A stretch of 64,000 nucleotides of DNA, taken from Naegleria gruberi. Lineage: Eukaryota. The notes below the pieces were generated by a model. It ran no database searches and was not told the origin of the DNA. It was given only the letters and a program-made list of their open reading frames with translations. Where the stretch lies: the NCBI GenBank assembly GCA_000004985.1, contig GG738847.1; one strand, written 5' to 3'. Below, piece by piece: positions 43,295 to 54,500 of this stretch. Every line of letters starts with the position of its first letter. Within the stretch, counting starts at the first letter, position 1. The position numbers and the translations under genes were made by a program.

Positions 43295-43599
43295 AATTGG
43301 GAGGTGAAGTTATTGTTATTTATTTTTAAAGATCCTAGAATTCTCCTCAAGATCTTCAAGTATTTCCGATAGTGATGGTGATTCTGTATCTTTCTCAATT
43401 TTCTGCATATGACAGCTTTGGTAGGAACTTGGAACTTACAGTAATATTTTTTAAAAGGAAAATGAGGGTGTAAAATCTTTGATTATTTTATCAGTGGTTT
43501 TAAGAGATGAAACTTTGAAAATTGATATATAGGTAGATTACATATCATTCCTCCTAATATGCAAAAAGAAAAACTCAAATCTTGGAGATAGTGTCTAAA

Positions 43600-44075
43600 A
43601 TTGATCTCGAGTGCCGGGAATTGAAAACTCTCGTTCATATCATGGCTACCGGGAATGAAACTTCCTAATTTGGAAGATGACTTCAACAACAATAATAACA
43701 ACAAAACAAATTAACAGTAATAAATTAATGGTTATTAATGTTTATTAAATAGTGACCGTTAGGTCACTGATTGTTAATTAATTATTGATGATTTGTTGTT
43801 GAACAGATACTAACTGTAATAAAAACACATTGCAATCACCGTGACGCCAAATTAACATTTAATAATAACACATTATTAATATAATACCGTGTCGCCAAAT
43901 TCCTTGATAATTATTCATAACTGTAACTTCTTGATCAAAAGCACTCGAGTAATTTAACACAGTCAAAACTCTCGTTCATACCATGGGTACCGGGAATGAA
44001 ATTTCCAAATAAGGAATGACCGATATCATTCAACTAACAAAACAAATTGAACCCGGGTCGCCAGAGTGACAGTCT
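43600..44075. repeat. cluster of short direct repeats in an intergenic region
   Basis: A 42-bp unit aaaactctcgttcata(t/c)catgg(c/g)taccgggaatgaaa(c/t)ttcc occurs at 43624..43665 and 43965..44006. gtg(a/t)cgccaaatt occurs at 43841, 43889 and roughly 44056. Confidence 0.6.
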
Positions 44076-44295
44076 GGAATGCTACCACTATACACACCCG
44101 ATTCACATTGATGTTCTTAAAAATATATCCTGAACACTCCCTATATACTATTATGTTAGTACGGTGTTTTATTAATGAAAATCACCCACTCATCAAATAA
44201 CTAATAAATATGAAAAATTTTTGTCTGAAAAAATTTCAACACAACAAGATGTTAAAAGACAAGATTTACGTGTTGTTTTCACACAAGTTGGTTGT

Positions 44296-47200
44296 TTATT
44301 GTTGATCTTGTTGCATGGATGGTGGTTGATAGACTTCATCTTGTTGCAATAACAATTCGTCGTCTTCATCTGATTCACTTTCTTCACCATCTTCGAGAAC
44401 TTGAATTTCACTTTCTTGTTGGAAGACATAGTCACCAGGCTTCTTTCTTTCACTCTTCAATTTCTTCAACTTTCTCTTACCCTTTCTAATGTAAACTCTA
44501 GTGAGAGTCTTGATTCTTTCGACAGCTTGTGGATCTCTCATAACCAAACCAACGAATGATAATACCAAGAAAATGATAGTGATAGCAATCAAGATAATTG
44601 GTGAAATATAGTAGGCCTTATAGGAGAAACCATAATTTTCCAAAGCAGTAGCAACATTTTGATTACTTTCTTGATACTTTCTAATTTCAACAGTGTACAT
44701 TAATTCGACAGCCCATCTCACTGGAGAAGAACAAACCAAAACCAATGTATACCATTCCTTAGACATGGTACGAACTGTTGGTTGAACACCACCCAACAAG
44801 GCACACAAAATAATGTACATTACACCAACAAATTCAGCATGAGTTCTTTGAACGAAAACTGAAATGAAATAGCCAAGAGAACTGAAAACAATTTCGAATA
44901 ATAAGAAGAGTCCATAGTATGTGTAAAATTCAGCTTCAGGATTAACGAGGATATACCAGAAAGTAACAAAGACCAATGGATAGATCAACAAGGAAGGAAT
45001 TTCACCAGTCAATTTACCAAGGAAGTAACTCATCTTGTTGATACCATTCTGAGCTTCACGTCTATAGAGTTCCTTATCAGCACCAAAACATTTGAGTGAA
45101 GATTGCATAGCAGCAATGGCAAGAGCAGAAACTGTAACAATACTCATTGGTGCAATCTTATCAATTCTTGGCAATGAACATTGATTACTAATAAATGTTG
45201 GACACAACTTTTGAAGAGTTGATGAAAGAGGACCAATAAAGTCCATGTTAAAGTAGAAACCTCCAATAATTACAGCAAGAGCAAAGTGGAAGAAGAAATC
45301 AAAGAAGACACCCTTGTAGTGACGACTCAATTGAAGCAAAGCACGAAGAGAGAATAAGAGATATTGACCCAAGAACGCAATTGGCTTTCTTTGTCTTTCC
45401 TTAGCAACTTCACTGCCCAACAAAACTTGTTGTGGATCAATAACAGAAGCACCAACTTCTTCATCATCTTCTTGTTCTTGTTCTGATTGTTGAGTTTCAT
45501 TACCATTTCTTGATTTGAGCCATTTCTTTTCATTTTCTTCCTTCTTCAAGTCCCACAAGTGCAACAAACGTTCTGGTTCAAAGTTTGGATCACCAGGTCT
45601 TTCAACATTACCCAAACAAACATCAACAAAAAAGTCTGGAGGATTTTCATAGTTTGGACATTTGAAGCCAATTTCTTCAAAGAATCTCAAAGCATCCTTG
45701 GTTGGACCATTGTAAACAATGCCACCATTCTTACCCATGATAATACAATCGTCAAAGAGGAGGAATACATCATTTCTTGGTCTGAGCATGGTAGAAACAA
45801 CTGTAGTACCACTTTCAGCAGCCAACTTGAAGGCCTTACACAAGAATTTCTTTCTTTCGAGTGGAATTTCATCGAATGGATTATCGACAAATAAACAAAC
45901 TGGATCAGCAACCATTTCAAGAGCCATGTTAACAAAGACTCTGAGTTCTTCATCGAGACCGTGCTTCTTTGATTTACCAATTGTATCATACATAAAGTTT
46001 TCAATACCCAAAACCTTACATGTCTTTTCAACACGTCTACCAACTTGACTGTATGTATAATAACTTGGCAAACGAGAGTGACCAGCAAATCTCAACAATT
46101 CGTGAACCTTCAATTCCTTAGCCATATCAAGTTGCTTTGGGGCAAAGCTGATAATATTTCTGAATTCGTGCGGATCCTTAATTTGTTCATTAATCATAAT
46201 TTTACCATGAACGAAACCCAAGTGATGTCTACCAGAAAGAGTATTGAGCAATGCAGAAGTTGCTTCAGAATCAACACCAATAATACATGTAGTTCTTCCG
46301 TGATAGACACGACCAGTGACACCTTCGAAAATAACTTCTTCACTCTTCTTTCTGATATATGACAAATCCTCAAAGGCATAATCAATTGTAAAGTTCTTCT
46401 TTGAGAATGGTGGTTCATTGACGAGAGAACCAGTACTATCATAATTGAATTGTTCATTTCCTTGAATAAAGTTGGCAATATTAATACCAATGTTGGCAAG
46501 ACCATTTTGTCCTGAGATTTCTTGGTCTTGTTTAATCTTCTTTTGCTTCATCTTCTTCTTCTTGTAAGAGGCAGTGACACATCTGACAACAACGAAAGTG
46601 ACCAAAACGAGGAAGACAACAACGAACATTAACAAGATACCCAAATAGAAGGATTGTTGCTTGGCAGAACCTTCTGGACAATAGGAGAACCATTGACAAC
46701 GTTTAGGATAAGTAGAGCCAGCAGCACAGTGATAACCAGATGGACACAACAACATTGAGTTGGTATTAGGGCAATAATAACCAGCAGTACAAGCAAGTGG
46801 TTCCTTAGTACCTCTTGGGCAATAATAACCATCTTCACACAAGACTTTGCTTGACAAGGTTGGACAATAGTAACCTTCTGGACAATAGTGCTCATCACTA
46901 CCATAAGTACCAGTTGGACAGTATTGAGTTCTGTTACCAATTTGTTCCAAACATGGAGTTGGAGTCATAGAGTATGGAGTTTCACAATAGTTCAATGCAG
47001 GACAAGCATTTACGAGAGTAGTGCCTGTAGTGTCAAGTCCTTGAGTAGCTAATGGACAATATTGACCATTTCTACAAGTGTATAATTGACTTCTAGTTTT
47101 TCTTGCAAGATAACCTGGTGGTACTGGAATAGACATCAAAGGGTTCAAACAAATTTGACCATCAGGACATCTTTGCTCAGTAGAGGAACCTTCAATTCCA

Positions 47201-49403
47201 CAAGTTGTTTCAAATGTTGAGGAAGGTGAACAAGCAGTAGGTGCAGTCATGGCCGAATCTTTACATTTGAATCCAACAGGACAAGGTCTTCTACGACCTT
47301 CGTTATTGGTTGGACAGTAAAATCCTGGTTCACATTTAAAGACCATTGTTGGTCTAATTGTGTGATAACCAGCAGAAATAGAAACAGTATTGGCGTAACC
47401 TTCAGCAAGAGTTTTCCAGAATCACCATATCTTGGACAAGTCCAACCTCCATTACACATTGAGAAGTAACCAATAAAATCGAATGCAGTATACTTGGTTG
47501 GATATTTCTTACAAGCTTCAGTAAATTTAGTCAATGAAGATGGAGGATTTGAAGAAGCCAACAAGGTGCAAATATCTTGCAATCTTATTCTGGCATCAAT
47601 ATCAAAGGCCTTTCTAGAAAGGACAGCAAAGATGTGTTGTGCATTTTCAGAAACATAAATGTCATTAATTTTACCATCACTGTTCAATAATGCAGTTTGT
47701 TGCAATGTAAATAAGCTTGAACTAGAAGTGGAAGCAGAAGTGTCAGTACAAGCATACTCTTGGAAGGAAAATACTTCAATACTTTCTCTTGTGGCAATGT
47801 TGATGGTGTGATAAAATGTTGAATAGGCATCAGTGATAGCAGTGTCACTTGTTTTGTACATTCCAATAACCATCTTTGAAGGAACAGCTGATGTGGTTTT
47901 CAAATCTGATTCCTTATTAGGTCTGTTAGTACAGGTTCCACTCTTTGAGTATTGAGGTTTGGTAGTTGATGTATAAGAAGTTGAGCATGTTGTGTCAGCT
48001 GGTATACCAACGGCCTTGTATATGCCAGCTGGGTCAGAACTAATATCAGTTACATCCTGACTTGCCATTTCTGGAAGGTTAAAGACAAATAATCTTGGGC
48101 CGAAAGCATTTGCAGAGGCTGTAGTTGAAGCAACACCAACAGCAACCCAAACAGATTGGGAAGTCTTAGCAAGAGTACCATAACATTCAGTAAATGCACT
48201 CACAGAATAAATACTTTCACCAGAGACACCATGTGTATAAATGATTGAGGTCTTCTTTGTTAAGTCAACAGGTGAGTCATTTGGCGTACCAACGAGTTGA
48301 ATCAAATTGACTTGTGACTTGGATTGAATTAAAAGAAGAGGTCTACTGGCTTTAACTGAATTACAGTCAACCTTTGATGAATATGTTGGGTCAGCACCAA
48401 ATTGTCCATGAGCAAAACCGAAAATCTTTCTTTCCTCAGTTTGGTCAGCAAATGCCCATTTATAAAGTGTAGAACCCTTGTAAATGATAATACCATTGGT
48501 AGAAGTAGAAGTACCATATGAGAGAACAGCCATATGAGTTGCAGTTCCAAGAGTATCAATGTAGGCAATTGTTTGCAAATCTTGCACAAATTCGCTTGAG
48601 GACAATTTGGTTGTTGTATCAATGGTAAGAGCAATAGTTTTAGAAGATGAAACTGTGAGAGTACCAGTAGTATCCAATTTAAGAACCAATAATGTTTGAG
48701 TTGACAAGGTAACATAAATTGTTGCCTCAGTAGAGCTAGTTCTATAGACAGCCATCTTACTTGGTTTATCTGTTAAAGCAGTTTTAGCATCAAGTACTTG
48801 ATAAGAGTAGGCCAATTGTTCAGTAGTCATATCAAGAACAAGCAAATGTCTATTGGTCAATACTAGTAAATATTGTTTGGCACCATCAGCTGACATTTCC
48901 AAAGGTTTAGCAGCTCTAACAAAGAAACAACGATTGTTTTCGGATTGTGATGATTGATCAGTAGTGGTAACATTTCCTCCAGAATAGTCTTCCTTATAAA
49001 TTTTAACAATATTATCAACATCTTGATCTTTCACACAAATCATGTTATTTTCAGTTGATGTAATTGGTGTCTTGTCTGTTATTTTGGTATATAAACATTG
49101 TGCACCAGTGGCATCACAATTAAAAATGTCAGGATCTCTAAAAGTGATTGGTTGACTTGCTCTAAAGTTATTATATGTACACCATGATGGTCTTGAAGTG
49201 GATAAAGATGGATCACATAATCCAAAGGCTGATTTAACTTGTTCACCAGATAATGCAGCACACCAGTCTGGAGGTGTGGCAGCAAGAGTTGAAGCACAAC
49301 TCAAAGTAATCATCAACAAGATGGAGACGATTAAATATCGAACAGCAACACGTTGTTGTGCTTGTCCTTTCAACAATGGTCTATTATCATTACGTATCAT
49401 CAT
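44296..49403 (-). CDS. giant secreted/type I membrane protein: large extracellular domain plus Cys-rich GYYCP/EGF-like repeats plus a degenerate ABCG-type module, with an apparent 1-nt frameshift at 47412-47415
   Basis: ORF 47247..49403 has a signal peptide (..LLMITLSCASTLAATP) and a 700-aa Thr/Ser-rich ectodomain. ORF 44296..47346 continues in a different frame with CxxC/GYYCP repeats, a TM helix followed by KKKKMKQKK, an ABC NBD with degenerate Walker A (IIGVDSEATSALLNTLSGR), degenerate signature and Walker B (LFVDNPFDEIP), and a six-helix ABCG-type TMD. The two frames would fuse if the run GGAAAAC (minus strand) had one more A. Confidence 0.7.
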
Positions 49404-50060
49404 TGTTGATCGCGCAACGATATTGTTGTTGTTGTTTGTTATTAAATATTATTCGAAACTCTTCTCAAGAGGAGATGCAAACAAGTTAATTGTTATCAAT
49501 TTCTTTTAGAAAGTGGAGAGAGGAATGGATAAATAATAGCTAGCAGCAAATACACAACAATTATTCAGTGATGAAAGCTTTGTAAATTTTTTTTTCTTGT
49601 TGATTGTTGTGATGGGTCAATCAGATGTCTGTGAATGTTTAGACTTTGGGTTGCTGGTTTATTTCACAATAGGTTCTCATGTTGGATGTTGCGAAAGTGA
49701 TCTTGATATTCGGTATGTATTGGAGACATAAGATATTAGAAACTTCACAGACCTATAATATTTAATAGCATTTTATACTTTTCTTTGAACAATTGAAACA
49801 TGAGGGTTATTGCTTCCGATTAGATCAAATTTATCTTCTTCGTATCAATGATGTTGTGGAATTAGGAATGTTGAAAGACAGAGGAAGAAATTATTGAATG
49901 AGCACCACTACACTGCGAGAGTCAAACAACAAGAATCGATTCATCATTGGGAGAACTAGCCAAGTTACGCTGCCGCGACTCTAAGGTTTGGTTAGGAAAC
50001 AATTTTTTAAGAGCGCTGAAATTTCAAGACTTCCTTAGTTTTCCTCACCAATGTTAAAAA

Positions 50061-50072
50061 TTTGGCGGGGAA
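50061..50072 (+). promoter_or_regulatory. E2F-like site TTTGGCGGGGAA, 80 bp upstream of the 50153 ORF
   Basis: Second copy of the same motif in the window, same orientation relative to the downstream gene. Confidence 0.45.
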
Positions 50073-50152
50073 TCCCAAGCTGTGTTGATTTCTTCATCGT
50101 CCAACATTGAGTTTGTTTACAATCCTCAATTTTAACCATAAAAAGAACCGTA

Positions 50153-51217
50153 ATGGAAAGACTCAACCGTAAACCACACACTCTCAAACACACACCACAA
50201 CAATTGTTTACGGTTGAGTCTTTCCATTACGAGAAATTGAGAAAGGAGAAGGAAGAACAAGTAGCATTGGAGCTAAAAAAGTTGAGAAAGGAAAAAAAAG
50301 AAAAGGAAAAGCTTGCACAAGAAAATAAGGAATTGCAAAGAAAACTTGAAATGATTGAAAGAGAAAAACTTTTTAAATTGGAGCAAGAGAATGAACTTTT
50401 AAAGAAGGCAACTCAAGAAGTAAAGCAAGAAGAAAAGAAGCAAGATAAACAAGAAACGAAATTGAAAAGAAAGGTTAATGATGAGGAAGTTTCCACACCA
50501 ACAAAGAAAACTAAAACAGATCCAACCATTACAGTTGTGAATAATTATTATGCTAGTCCATCAAGTATTGAAACAAAAAAGCAATCAAGCCCAAAGACTG
50601 TAGCTACTCAAGAGGGTTGCAAACACAAACGCATTTACGATCAATTTATTTACATCTACTGTTCAATGACAGGTCAGAAACCTAAAGAGTTTATTGACAA
50701 TCCAAAACAGGTTCAAGAATTTATTACCTTTTTTGAATTGAAATTGAAACCGAAAACACTTGTAAAGAACTTCAAACCTGATCCAAATATGACAACCTCT
50801 GACTATCAGGAAATTCTCTTCTACCTTCTCAACAGCATGAAGGGTAAAGAAGGTGAAAAGAAACAAGATGAAGTCATATCTGGTATTTTAAAGGGCAAGT
50901 TGAAAAGCAAATTTAACAAAGAGCTTGTGCCATACCTCATCGCTTTTGCCTATAACAATGTAGAAGGAAAAAAGCAATTACAAGGAAAAATGGAGGATTT
51001 TTTGAATGATAAAACTAAAGTTGATTCATTCATAAAGACATACAATCTCGATTTAAATCCAGAAACAAACAAACCATACCTTAAAGCTGAAACTATTTCC
51101 AATAACAAAGCTAAGATTATGGACATTGTAAAGAATCCAAAAACTCTGAAAGATTTGTTGAATGAAGCATGCAAGGAGGTGATTCAAAGATTCTTTGGCT
51201 CTCCAAAAACTAAATAG
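50153..51217 (+). CDS. hypothetical protein with a Lys/Glu-rich coiled-coil N-terminus and a conserved-looking C-terminal domain
   Basis: 354-aa ORF. The ATG lies inside a 26-bp perfect inverted repeat (see finding), so a start further downstream is possible. Confidence 0.5.
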   Translation: MERLNRKPHTLKHTPQQLFTVESFHYEKLRKEKEEQVALELKKLRKEKKEKEKLAQENKELQRKLEMIEREKLFKLEQENELLKKATQEVKQEEKKQDKQETKLKRKVNDEEVSTPTKKTKTDPTITVVNNYYASPSSIETKKQSSPKTVATQEGCKHKRIYDQFIYIYCSMTGQKPKEFIDNPKQVQEFITFFELKLKPKTLVKNFKPDPNMTTSDYQEILFYLLNSMKGKEGEKKQDEVISGILKGKLKSKFNKELVPYLIAFAYNNVEGKKQLQGKMEDFLNDKTKVDSFIKTYNLDLNPETNKPYLKAETISNNKAKIMDIVKNPKTLKDLLNEACKEVIQRFFGSPKTK

Positions 51218-51543
51218 GAAGAAAAATAAGTGTTTGAATAATTCTCCTTAACTGAATGATAGGCAGCGAAAAAGGAATAAAGAAGTGATTACGTAGCATC
51301 ACGTTTAGTTCGTCCTTAAGAATATTGATTCATTGACCGTAGCAGGTTTGTGCACATTTCCATGGTAGTTCATTGGCTTGTTTTGTAATGTAATAGTTAT
51401 TTTGTATTATTGAAAGCTTACAACAAATATGAGCTTGCGTTTATTTATTGAGTAACACAGTTCTTCCTTAATGATTGGCATCAACTTTTGTTTTTGGCTT
51501 GTTTGCAAAAACACGAAAATAACAATAATTGTGCAAAGAGTAA

Positions 51544-54500
51544 TTATTGCGTTACGTTTATTGGGCCAGATACTTCTGGTGTTACTTCCTCCTTTTCCTC
51601 AATAGGAGTGGAATGTGAAGATAAGAATCCGAGAGCTTGTAAAGATTGATTATTCACATCTTCTTGTTTCAATTTTTTCTTCGCAAACGAGCCTCTTACA
51701 GTTGGACCTTCAACACTCTTATTTGGTCCAATTCCATACAAGTTTTCCAAGTTATCATAATTTTCATGTTGATCTGCTTCAGATTCTTGACGAACTGAAT
51801 CTTCATTATGCTTGCTATTTGAAATTTTACCAACTTCAAGAGATGTGTCTGTCTTTTCATCTGCTCCTTCTTCAGAATGATGAGAATCAGTTTCATATTG
51901 TAAAGGATCAACGTGATGCTTCCTCTTGAGCAGATAAGTTTGACATAAACCTTTTCCTTTTACATCAATTTTACGTTCTTCAAATTCCATTCCCATGTCA
52001 TGAACTCTTTCATAGGTAGCTCTAGAAATTTGAATTCTGCCTGGTTCACCAGTTGACTCCATTCTTGAGGCTGTATTAATGGTATCTCCCCACAAATCGT
52101 AGGCAAACTTTTTGATACCAATCACACCAGCAACAACTGGTCCTGTATGTAGACCCACACTATGTAGTTTCAATTTAAGAAAATTTCTTAGTAATTACAT
52201 TATAAATTATATACTTACCGAATATTAACATTAGTATTCTCACTTGAATTATATTCCTTGATTACTTGAAGTGTATCAATGGCAAATCTCAATGATCTCT
52301 CAGGGTGATCTGATTGAGCATTCAAGTTGATACCACCAACACAAAAATAGGCATCTCCAATAGTTTTAATCTTTTCCAAATTATACTTTTCAGTGAGTAC
52401 ATCAAAACCATTTACAATTGCATTCAACATCAACACAAGCTCAGAAGGATTCATTCCAGAGCTGATTTTTGTAAATCCAACCATATCTGAGAAGAAAACT
52501 GTTACATCATTGAACTTTTCAGCAATGAATGTTTCACCTCCCTTCAATCTTGAAGCAACACTCTCTGGCATAATATTTAACAATAATTGTTCAGATTTTT
52601 TCTTTTCTTCAGCTAATAACATATTTTGTTTCTTTTCAGGTGTGAAATCTTTAACAAAGCAACTAATAATTGGTTTCTTATTGGCTACACTAACTGAAAG
52701 ATTAACCTTGGATGGAAATTTACTTCCATTCTTTCTGACACATTCCACTTCAAGTGTTTCACCAAATGACTGGGTTGCATTTACCATTTGCTGGATAATT
52801 TGTGCTAGTTTTTGTCTATTTGGGTCCATAGGGTCAAATAGCTTGGTCAATTGCTCGCCCAAAACATCACTATTATTCATACCATACATCTTTTGAGCAA
52901 CAGGATTGAAAAGTTCAATATCACCTTGTGAATTACATAAAATGGCTCCATCAACTGCAGAATTCAAAATTGCCCTCACCTTACCATCTCCACCACCATC
53001 TTTTTCCTTGCTTTTTTCTGATGAAGAGGCCCTAGATTTAGACGAGAGATCATTGAAAAGTACAAATTGTTTAAGAGCATCATTGGAATCAATATACTCC
53101 ACAGGTAAGTAATTGAGTAAACTTCTTAATTGTTGAATCTGATCCCAAAAATCTCTTATTAACACATATGCAAAATATGATAGTGATATTAATGCAATGT
53201 ATCCTATAACAACTGCAATTATGGATAATGTAAAACTTGGAGTCGATGCATATGTAGAATATAAATCAAAAATGTCTATTATTCTATCCATAAGGGCATT
53301 TGACATTTCACTTCCCTTAAGCAAGGTCAAGAATAAATTGTCTATAGCGTAATTACTGTAATATACATCTTCGTTCAATCTTAATGACACAGTACTAATT
53401 TCTGTAACGAGCTCATCCAAATTGGTGCAATAAAATGTGGAAACGTTGGTACAATTTGTAATTGGAGAAATAAGAATATCAATATCCTCATAAGTATTCA
53501 TAAATCTACCACCATATCTTAATACTTCCCATGAAGAAGCAATAGTTCCAAATAGTGATTTCATTTGAACGTGGTAAGTGCTAAGGTCTGATTGTGAGAG
53601 CAAACGATCATCATTCAAACTACTCTTGGAAGTATATCTCATAAAACTAAATAATTCTGTCATACGGTAGGCTGCTCTGTTTGTATTTCTGAAAATTTCA
53701 ACTCCAGAAGTAACGTATTTAATCGCTAAACTTTCAGTATTAGAAATAATTTGCATATCAACGAAAAGCATTGTAATGCAAAGAACAGTTACAATGATAC
53801 TTGACACAACAACGAGTGAAATGGTTGTCTGAGGTTTTGAAATAATTCCATTCTCTTTGATATCCATTTCTTCATCAGACTTCTTGTCGAGACCTTGAAA
53901 TATTTTACCAACTTGATCCTTGGGTAAGGTTGTGGCAATAAACTTAATAGATGATCTCAATGACCTCAAATGTACTAACAATATCATAACCACAATTGCT
54001 GCACAAACACCATATACAACAACTGCAGCTACGTAGAAGGCAATAAATTGAATGTTCATATTTTGAACAGATTCAGAATTTCTACGCAAAAATAAATCAC
54101 AATAAGCATCAAAAGCTGAGCTACCTCCATTTCTATTTGTCCATAAAAACATGAAATCACCAGATGTTATTGTAGTATTAAAGCTATTTGCTTCCTTCTT
54201 CAAATAAGTCTTGGCATATTTGATTAAACTATCAGTAATTTCTGAAATGGAAGCATTTTTGGATTGAATGTAATCGGAAGGAATTGTTGAATCATTACTG
54301 TAATAGAGAACTGGTGTAACAAGAGTATATATAGGATTGGTATAGTCTGCTATGGATTCAGAAGACATTGTACCAGAGGCCTCAGCCAATTTTAACTCAT
54401 CCAAAAGTCCCTTATACTTTTCCATTCTCTCTAATTTGTCTTGGAAAAAGTCTGTAACATTAACCACATCATGTAAACCAGAGGATATAAGTTCATTCTT

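Noticed and set aside
44193-44453. 86-aa minus-strand ORF overlapping the 3' end of the ABC-like gene in another frame
   Set aside because: It lies in an alternative frame of a well-supported CDS and has a Lys/Asn-rich low-complexity composition.
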